Source: Bradymonadia bacterium (GTDB lineage Bacteria; Myxococcota_A; Bradymonadia; UBA7976; UBA1532). Taken from it: a DNA stretch of 64,000 bases. Below the pieces are notes generated by a model, which did not search any database, was not told the origin of the DNA, and worked only from the letters and a program-made list of their open reading frames with translations. The position numbers and the translations under genes are program-made. The stretch spans positions 192,001 to 256,000 of the forward strand of contig JBKAGE010000036.1 in NCBI GenBank assembly GCA_046290225.1, read 5' to 3'. Of the stretch, positions 57,450-64,000 are shown piece after piece; the first letter of the stretch is position 1; each line of letters begins with the position of its first letter.

Positions 57450-59525
57450 ATGGGCCGTTTCACCCGCCTCTCCCTCTCTGCAGCTTTTGCCACCCTCGCC
57501 CTCGGAGGCACCGCCTCTGCCGAGGAGGGTATGTGGCCCTACAACATGGCCCCCGTGGACCAGATCAAGGCTGGCCACGGCTTCGAGCTCACCGATCAGT
57601 TCCTCGATCGGGCCATGAAGGCTTCGGTGCGCTTCAACAATGGCGGCTCGGGGAGCTTTGTCTCCGCTGATGGCCTGGTGATGACCAACCACCATGTAGG
57701 GGCCGACTGCATCCAGAAGCTCTCTCAGGGGGAGCGGGACGTCATGGCCGACGGCTACCTCGCCAAGGATGCCGCTGGCGCCCTCAAGTGCCCCGATCTC
57801 GAGCTGAACCAGCTGCAGTCCATCGCCGACGTCACCGAGGTGCTCAGCGCCATCGACGATGTAAAGGCCCGGAAGGCGCGCATGTCGGCTCTGGAGAAAG
57901 CCTGCGCCGACGAGACCGGCCTGCGCTGCGACGTGGTCACCCTCTACGCCGGGGGCGCCTACCACCTGTACCGCTACCGCAAGTACACCGACGTACGCCT
58001 GGTATTCGCCCCCGAGTTCAAGGCCGCCTTCTTCGGTGGTGATCCCGACAACTTCACGTTTCCCCGCACCTGCCTCGACGTGGCTTTCTTCCGGGTCTTC
58101 GACAAGGACGCCCCGATCAAGAGCCCCGATCACCTGCCCTTCTCCAAGGACGGCGCCGCCGAGGGCGATCTGGTCTTCGTCTCGGGCAACCCCGGCTCCA
58201 CGGGCCGCTTCGACACCCCGGCGAAGCTGACCCACTTGCAAAGCCTCGCCTACCCCTTCGTGCTCGAGCAGCTCAAGCACCGGGCGGCGACCTTCAAGGC
58301 CTTCATGGACAAAGGCCCGGAGCAGCACCGCGCTGGTCGTGACGCTTACTTCGGCATCATGAACGCCATCAAGGCCATCACCGGCTACCTCGGCGGCCTC
58401 AACGATCCCGCCCTCATCGCCGAGGTGCGCAAGCGCCACGATGCCGTGAAGGCACAGCTCAAGGCCATGCCCGAAGAGAAGCTCTCCGCAGCGGAGCGTA
58501 CGCGCCTGCTCGAGGCCTGGGGGGCCCTGGCGAAGGCCTACACGGCCTACGGGGAGTTCTACAAGATCCACGCCGTCACTGAAGGCTGGCTGGCCCCTCG
58601 CAGCTCGGTGCTTCGCGTGGCCCGTACGCTTCTGCGCCTCAACGACGAGCTCGAGAAGCCCTCTGGAGCGCGCCTGCGGGAGTTCCGGGACAGCAACCTC
58701 GAGAGCGTGGAGCTGCGCCTCTTCAGCCCCGCCCCCATCGACGACGGCTTCGAGACTGTACAGATCGCCCTGGGCCTGCAGGCCATGGTCGACGTGCTCG
58801 GTGCAGATCACGCTGCGGTGAAGGCCGCCCTCGACGGCATGACCCCTCAAGCCCGGGCCGAGGCCGTGGTCAAGGGCACCGCCATCAAGTCAGTGGATGC
58901 CCGCAAGCAGATGCTCGCCGACGGCGCCGAGAAGCTCGCCGCGGCAAAGGATCCGGCCATCGAGCTGGTCCGGGCCTATGACGCCCTGGCCCGGGAGCTG
59001 CGCAGCCGCCACGAGCAGGAGGTCGAGGCCGTGGAGCGCAAGTTCGCCGGCCGCATCGCCGAGGCCTGGGCCCTTGCATACGGCCAGGGCGTGTACCCCG
59101 ACGCCACCTTCACCCTGCGCCTCAACCACGGCGTCATCAAAGGCTACTCTCACGCCGATCAGACCTTCCCCTGGCACACCACCATGGCCGACGTCTTCGC
59201 CAAGAGTGAAAAGTACGGGAACGCTGATCCGTACACCGTGAGCGACCGCTGGCTCGCCGCCAAGGGCAAGCTCGATCCGAAGGTGCCCTTCAACATCGTG
59301 AGCACCAACGACATCATCGGCGGCAACTCGGGCAGCCCCATGTTCGACACCAAGGGTCAGGTTGTCGGGCTGATCTTCGACGGCAACCTGCAGCAGCTGC
59401 CCAACCGGTTCCTCTATCGGGACACCGCCGCCCGCTCGATCAGCGTCGACGTGCGGGCCATCACCCACGCCCTGGACGTAGTGTACGGCGCCGAGGGCCT
59501 GCTCAAAGAGCTCGGGGTCAAGTGA
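57450..59525 (+). CDS. S46-family dipeptidyl peptidase
   Basis: Signal peptide then EEGMW, GSGSFVS..TNHHV, FFGGDPDNF.FPR, YPDATFTLRL, DIIGGNSGSP, GL.FDGN. Confidence 0.95.
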   Translation: MGRFTRLSLSAAFATLALGGTASAEEGMWPYNMAPVDQIKAGHGFELTDQFLDRAMKASVRFNNGGSGSFVSADGLVMTNHHVGADCIQKLSQGERDVMADGYLAKDAAGALKCPDLELNQLQSIADVTEVLSAIDDVKARKARMSALEKACADETGLRCDVVTLYAGGAYHLYRYRKYTDVRLVFAPEFKAAFFGGDPDNFTFPRTCLDVAFFRVFDKDAPIKSPDHLPFSKDGAAEGDLVFVSGNPGSTGRFDTPAKLTHLQSLAYPFVLEQLKHRAATFKAFMDKGPEQHRAGRDAYFGIMNAIKAITGYLGGLNDPALIAEVRKRHDAVKAQLKAMPEEKLSAAERTRLLEAWGALAKAYTAYGEFYKIHAVTEGWLAPRSSVLRVARTLLRLNDELEKPSGARLREFRDSNLESVELRLFSPAPIDDGFETVQIALGLQAMVDVLGADHAAVKAALDGMTPQARAEAVVKGTAIKSVDARKQMLADGAEKLAAAKDPAIELVRAYDALARELRSRHEQEVEAVERKFAGRIAEAWALAYGQGVYPDATFTLRLNHGVIKGYSHADQTFPWHTTMADVFAKSEKYGNADPYTVSDRWLAAKGKLDPKVPFNIVSTNDIIGGNSGSPMFDTKGQVVGLIFDGNLQQLPNRFLYRDTAARSISVDVRAITHALDVVYGAEGLLKELGVK

Positions 59526-59577
59526 GAGCTACTGCTGGCGCCCGGTCTCAGGGCGCCCAAGCTCGAGATGTCCAGCC

Positions 59578-60171
59578 TCAGGCTGTCTGACGGGTGATGG
59601 CCTCTACCGGGGGTCGATTCACCTCGGCGCCGTACTTCGGCACCCCCATCCAAATGAAGCCCACCACCCCTTCGGTCTCCAGATCGATGCCCACCGCTTC
59701 GATCACCTCTGGCAAACGCGTGAGGCTGCCCGTGGACCACTTGGTGCCGTAGCCCGCAGCGTGCGCCACGAGGGTGAAGTTCTGAATCGCGCAGGCCACC
59801 GAGGCGTAGTCCTCCTGGGCTCGATGCGGATCAGGTGACAACACCTGCGTCACCACCACCAGCGCACCGGGGTTCACCACCTTCTCTTCGATGAGCGTTC
59901 GCCGCGGCTCGGCGAGCGTGCCACCGCTCTTCTGGGCGGCCTTCTCCAGGGCCACCTCGGCGATGTGCTTACGGGCCTCGGGGCCCACAACAGTGAAGCG
60001 CCAGGGCCATGTGTGCTTGTGGTTCGGCGCGGCGTTCGCTGCCTGGATCGCCTGACTCAAAACATCAGGGTGCACGGCCCCTGCAGCGTACTTGTGGGCG
60101 GTGCGGCGCCCAGTGATCAGATCGAGGGCCGCTCTGGCCCCCTCGAGATCAGCATTCAGTGCCTCTGACAT
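59578..60171 (-). CDS. Nitroreductase family protein
   Basis: RRTAHKY, APNHKHTWPWRF, CAIQNF.L.A...G.GTKWST; GGAG RBS. Confidence 0.9.
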   Translation of the reverse strand: MSEALNADLEGARAALDLITGRRTAHKYAAGAVHPDVLSQAIQAANAAPNHKHTWPWRFTVVGPEARKHIAEVALEKAAQKSGGTLAEPRRTLIEEKVVNPGALVVVTQVLSPDPHRAQEDYASVACAIQNFTLVAHAAGYGTKWSTGSLTRLPEVIEAVGIDLETEGVVGFIWMGVPKYGAEVNRPPVEAITRQTA

Positions 60172-60384
60172 AGTGCTCCGTCGTGGGTTCGAGCCACATG
60201 TTGGTTCTTGTCCGGGAGGATGCTGCCGACGCCTCGGGCGTTGCGTCAACTTCGACACCTGCATCGAGATCCACTCACGGTCACCGTTCGATCTGCCCTT
60301 CAGCTCCCCCTGCCCCAAAGCTCCCCCCCAAACCCCTGAAACCAATCAACAAGTCGTCTTTCTCCACAAAAATCACCTCCCGAT

Positions 60385-60412
60385 TTGACCTGAACAAACA
60401 TTCAGTTATCAT
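60385..60412 (+). promoter_or_regulatory. Sigma70 promoter (TTGACC-N16-TATCAT) containing a Myxococcus-type LexA box (60389-60405)
   Basis: Reverse complement CTGAATGTTTGTTCAGG matches the M. xanthus LexA consensus CTRHAMRYBYGTTCAGS (recalled from memory) at 16 of 17 positions. Confidence 0.75.
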
Positions 60413-60528
60413 ACCCCACATTGGCTCGCTGGATGGCTGGCGGGTCACGGTCAAAGAGAACGACCGAGCTCTCAATCCCGGGTGATCTTCACATCAATCA
60501 CCCCGGCCCTTGCCCAGGAGGAATCCTC

Positions 60529-61527
60529 ATGGCTTTCAAGAAGATGGTTCAATCCAAATACCCACCTCGGCTGTGGTCCCTGGTGGGTTACCCCGGCTCT
60601 GGCAAGTCCACCTTCGCCGCTCAACTGCAGGGGCCCATGGTGGTGGTCGATGCTGATCACCGCTTCCAAGAGGTGCTCGGTACAACAGAAGGCGATGTCT
60701 TCTCGCTGAGCGATACCCCCTCCGACAACGTGAACCCCGATCGCATCTCCACGTTGCTCAACCAGAACATGCCCGGCGCTGGGGTGAAGACCATCGTGGT
60801 CGATTCGCTCACCGCCATCATCACCCCCATCGTGGTGCAGGCCATGCTCGACCACGACAAGGGTCGCGCCCGCAACCTGTCGGCGGCCTTCAAGACCAAG
60901 GCCCTGGCCATGCGTCAGCTGCAAGACGCCGTCACCCGTTGGGGCTGCGACGTCCTCTGGATCTATCACCTGCAGGACGCCCGCGATGCCAAGGCCAACG
61001 AGATCACCCGGGCCACGGTGAGCCAGACCGAGCTCGCCCGTCTCACCCGCAGCATCAACTGCCAGCTTGAGATCGTCGAGAACGACCAGGGGCAGCGGGG
61101 CATCAAGATCAACTGGTGCCGTCGGGGTCGCTCCGGCATGGTCATCTGGGACGAGACCGGTGGCTTCGTGGGCATGCCCGAGAAGATCGAGGCCGCCATG
61201 TACGATGGCCTGAGCCGGGAGGAGCAAGAGAGCATCGAGCGTGAGACGCCGGTGCACTTCCCCAACCCCGAGACCGCCATCGCATGGGGCTTCGAGCAAG
61301 GCGCCTTCGAGGCGCTGCAGCACGCCCGCAACGCCTACGAGAAGGTGAAGCGCGAGCGCAGCCCCCGCAACGCTCGGGAGATGGCCAGCATGTGGGTTGA
61401 GTACGTGCAGGAGGCCCTGGTGCGCAAAGCCGCCGCCGAAGAGGGCCAGGTGATCAGCGAGCCTGAGGAAGAGCAGCACATGAACGGTCATGCCTCCGCC
61501 GATATGGGCGAGGCGCTGCCCTTCTGA
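60529..61527 (+). CDS. RecA-fold AAA ATPase (AAA_24 / phage Sak4-like)
   Basis: GYPGSGKST Walker A, VVVDAD, TIVVDSLT Walker B, IYH motif; AGGAGG RBS; acidic tail ending LPF. Confidence 0.75.
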   Translation: MAFKKMVQSKYPPRLWSLVGYPGSGKSTFAAQLQGPMVVVDADHRFQEVLGTTEGDVFSLSDTPSDNVNPDRISTLLNQNMPGAGVKTIVVDSLTAIITPIVVQAMLDHDKGRARNLSAAFKTKALAMRQLQDAVTRWGCDVLWIYHLQDARDAKANEITRATVSQTELARLTRSINCQLEIVENDQGQRGIKINWCRRGRSGMVIWDETGGFVGMPEKIEAAMYDGLSREEQESIERETPVHFPNPETAIAWGFEQGAFEALQHARNAYEKVKRERSPRNAREMASMWVEYVQEALVRKAAAEEGQVISEPEEEQHMNGHASADMGEALPF

Positions 61528-61650
61528 TCGTGCGCTGACGTACACAACAGACAGACGCATCACACGAGAGATTTCAAAGGCAGTCGGTGAGCCCCGCCCG
61601 TCGTGACACACGGCGGGGTCACTTCAACCCCGCGCTCCATTCTCCGTGAT

Positions 61651-61700
61651 AGAGCTGCCTGTGAGAGATCTGCCTGTGTGAGAGCTGCCTGTGTGAGAGA
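61651..61700. repeat. 15-bp tandem repeat, about 3.3 copies
   Basis: AGAGCTGCCTGTGAG / AGATCTGCCTGTGTG / AGAGCTGCCTGTGTG / AGAGA. Confidence 0.85.
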
Positions 61701-61740
61701 TTCTAGAATGAGCGGGAAAATAACCTCCCCACTCAAACAC

Positions 61741-61780
61741 AAACGGCCACCTTCCTTGCCCGGAGGTGGCCGTTTTCGCT
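61741..61780. terminator. Probable bidirectional intrinsic terminator
   Basis: AAACGGCCACCTTC / GGAGGTGGCCGTTT stem between convergent genes, with A- and T-rich flanks. Confidence 0.75.
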
Positions 61781-61868
61781 TTCAGGCGGATATGTGTGGG
61801 TCCAACCCAGCGGTCGTCACAGCGAGCCCCTGAACCCGCCCTTTCCCCAACCCCTGCCCTGAACTCTC

Positions 61869-62384
61869 TTACTCATCGAACCCGTCGTCCATCGGCGGCA
61901 TCTCGGGCTGAGCCTCACCCCAGGGGCCACCACGACGATGCCCCCGATGCTGCTTACGCAGCGCCTGGGCCTGCGCCCGCTGCTCAGCGGTGAGGATGGA
62001 CGCGATCTCCAAGCGCGTCTCGATGCGGGCGCGGGCCTTCTCCCCCTTGAGCGCGTGCATCTTCTCGAACTGAGCCAGGATGGCCCCTCGATCCAGAGTC
62101 TCGGCCTTCCAGAGGGCCTTCATCTCTTTGCGAGCAGCCTTCATCACCGCTCGGGTCTCTTGATGACGGGCCCTGGCCTCCTCTCGAACCGCCTCGATCT
62201 GAGACGCTTGCTCTTCAGTGAGGTCCAACGCCTCTACGAGCTTTTCGATGGGAGCCTTCATCATCATGCCCCCATGCCCCCGACCATGGTGACCCGGGCG
62301 GGCCTGGGCAGTGGAGAGACTGAGGCAGGCCCCGAGGGCGATGGCCATCAATGCGAAGCGGGCGGTGAAGTTCTTGCGAGCCAT
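61869..62384 (-). CDS. Spy/CpxP-family periplasmic chaperone
   Basis: Signal peptide, His/Gly/Met-rich N-terminus, LDLTEEQ and ILTAEQR (LTxxQ) motifs; AGGAG RBS. Confidence 0.92.
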   Translation of the reverse strand: MARKNFTARFALMAIALGACLSLSTAQARPGHHGRGHGGMMMKAPIEKLVEALDLTEEQASQIEAVREEARARHQETRAVMKAARKEMKALWKAETLDRGAILAQFEKMHALKGEKARARIETRLEIASILTAEQRAQAQALRKQHRGHRRGGPWGEAQPEMPPMDDGFDE

Positions 62385-62458
62385 GACGTATCTCCTGTGC
62401 AGGCAGATGGTGTTGTATCTGCGGTCGAGCCTCTCAACCGCTCATGGCAATTCCGTAG

Positions 62459-62575
62459 AGCAGCCCCCGTGCCAGGTCACCCGCACTAATCATTTCAACA
62501 CATTATGGTTCCCCTGATCATCGAGGATGCATGTTCTGCATCTGCAGAGCTTCCACTGGGGTGCAGAATCTGCAC
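62459..62575 (-). promoter_or_regulatory. Sigma54 promoter with IHF-like site and two palindromic enhancer-like sites
   Basis: Minus strand TGGCAC-N5-CTGCT (62474-62459); TTTCAACACATTA IHF-like site; GATGCATGTTCTGCATC (62526-62542) and GTGCAGAATCTGCAC (62561-62575). Confidence 0.75.
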
Positions 62576-62634
62576 ATCGGTGCATGGAGACATGGCATCT
62601 GTGCACGCTGCAGTTCCGTGATACATCCCAGTAC

Positions 62635-63978
62635 ATGCGCCCCCACTCTCCCCATCAACGGACCCGCACCGCCTTCACGCTGCTCACCGTCGTGGTGGCG
62701 CTCATGGGTGCCGCGCTCATCATTTTGGGGTTCTGGTCCTGGCAGCAAAGCCAGAGTGATGCCCTCGCCGCCTTCAAGGCCCGCATGTTGGAGCGCGGTC
62801 ACTCCATCAACCGAAGCCTCAGGCGTACAGAAAGTGATCTCGGCACGCACTTGCGAGAGCAGCTCACCGACTACGAAGAGACCTCGAGCTACATTCGACT
62901 CGTGCGCCTGGACGGTGAAGTCCTGGCCTCTACCCTCGAAGATGAATCGGGTCAGCAGCACGACATGTCATGGGTCCCTGCCGCTCGGCGGCGCCCCAGG
63001 CCACGGATGCGCCCGTACTATCAGCAGGTCCAGCGCCAGGGTGAAGAGATCATGGAGGTGTGGCTCAGGGCCCGACCCGGCCGTCGCGGCGCGCTGAACC
63101 CCCAATGGCCACCTGGACCAGTGCTTTTGTGTGTCGGCGTGCCCCTCGCTGAGGGCCTGGACGGCCTCACCGCGGCCCGCGCTCAGCTCTATCTGTCCAT
63201 CGCTGTGGCCGTGTTGTTGCTGTTGGTGGCCCTCCTCGCGCTGTTCCAGAGCCGGAAGGCGGCAGCTTTGGAGGTCGACCTCGAGCGGAGGCGACGCCTC
63301 GCTGGCCTGGGCGAGCTCGCCGCCGTACTCGCCCACGAGATCAGAACACCCCTCGCGGGGATGAAGGGCTATGCCCAGCTGTTGTTGGAGCGCACTGAAG
63401 ACGCCTCGGAGCGTGTGCGAGGGCCTGCAGGCAAGGTGCTCCGCGAGAGCGAGCGACTCGGCCGCCTCGTGGACGATCTGCTCGATTATGCTCGACCCAG
63501 CCAGCTCACGCTCGAACCCATCGACGCCACAGCAGTGGTGGAAGAGGCCATCGAGGGCCTGGTCCCCACTGCCCGTGAGCGCCAGGTGAAGCTGCTCGTC
63601 GACGCCACGGGGCCAGAGATGCTGCACGGTGACGCCGACCGGCTGCATCAGGCGATCAGCAACCTCGCGGTGAATGCCGTTCAGCTCTCGCCCGAAGGTG
63701 AAACCGTTGTGGCCCGACTTGGGGGTGATCGCAGTCGCGTCACCATCGAGATCCTCGACCGTGGCCCTGGGATCCCGCTCGAAGCGCGGGCGCAGATCTT
63801 CGAGCCCTTCGTCACCGGCAGGGCCAAAGGCACTGGTCTGGGCCTCGCCATCGTACGCCGCATCGCCGACGAGCACAGCGGCATGGTGGCCATCAACGAC
63901 CGGCCTGACGGCGGCTCGGTCTTCATCTTGACTCTGCCCCGAAAACCGATCAGCGATCAGGGCGGTGATCCCCACTGA
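62635..63978 (+). CDS. Membrane sensor histidine kinase (NtrB/ZraS-like)
   Basis: Two TM helices; LAHEIRTPL H-box, NLAVNA, DRGPGI, FEPF, GTGLGL. Confidence 0.95.
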   Translation: MRPHSPHQRTRTAFTLLTVVVALMGAALIILGFWSWQQSQSDALAAFKARMLERGHSINRSLRRTESDLGTHLREQLTDYEETSSYIRLVRLDGEVLASTLEDESGQQHDMSWVPAARRRPRPRMRPYYQQVQRQGEEIMEVWLRARPGRRGALNPQWPPGPVLLCVGVPLAEGLDGLTAARAQLYLSIAVAVLLLLVALLALFQSRKAAALEVDLERRRRLAGLGELAAVLAHEIRTPLAGMKGYAQLLLERTEDASERVRGPAGKVLRESERLGRLVDDLLDYARPSQLTLEPIDATAVVEEAIEGLVPTARERQVKLLVDATGPEMLHGDADRLHQAISNLAVNAVQLSPEGETVVARLGGDRSRVTIEILDRGPGIPLEARAQIFEPFVTGRAKGTGLGLAIVRRIADEHSGMVAINDRPDGGSVFILTLPRKPISDQGGDPH

Positions 63979-63990
63979 CTCAGGAGAACC

Positions 63991-64000
63991 ATGGCGCACC
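63991..64000 (+). CDS. Start of the next gene (probably the cognate response regulator), truncated by the window edge
   Basis: AGGAG RBS then ATGGCGCAC. Identity is inferred only from context. Confidence 0.35.

Noticed and set aside
61560..61742. Minus-strand 60-aa ORF with pentapeptide-like repeats (LTQAA/LTQAD); also considered as a mini-CRISPR
   Set aside because: Explained by the 15-bp tandem repeat; no RBS, no spacers, no cas genes.

Overview
High-GC chromosomal segment of a Myxococcota-like bacterium (MYXO-CTERM sorting tails, many Cys-rich exported proteins, a Myxococcus-type LexA box). It holds about 40 CDSs and a tRNA-Phe(GAA). I saw no CRISPR array, transposase or integrase. Best candidate for an undescribed system (10.9-18.7 kb): a 1388-aa CHAT (caspase-like) protease / degenerate cyclase / STAND ATPase / TPR protein transcribed divergently from two paralogous lipoproteins, an ECF sigma factor and a soluble anti-sigma carrying a VRG motif. 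The same ECF-type promoter motif (GTGTAAGG-N15-CGTCYGGT) lies upstream of the lipoprotein-sigma operon and upstream of the anti-sigma gene, which suggests an NLR-like protease -> anti-sigma -> sigma circuit without CRISPR. Other notable items: two giant secreted proteins sharing a TSP3 + long hexapeptide (left-handed beta-helix) module; an HNH nuclease with a structured leader containing two units ending in ACCA; a LexA-boxed stand-alone Sak4/AAA_24-like ATPase; a MoaC-GNAT fusion; a probable pseudokinase; a tandem ExbD-like protein with repeated Thr motifs; a sigma54/IHF/enhancer-controlled Spy-CpxP + two-component module; and several structured intergenic elements. All domain calls come from recognising motifs by eye; no database searches were run.
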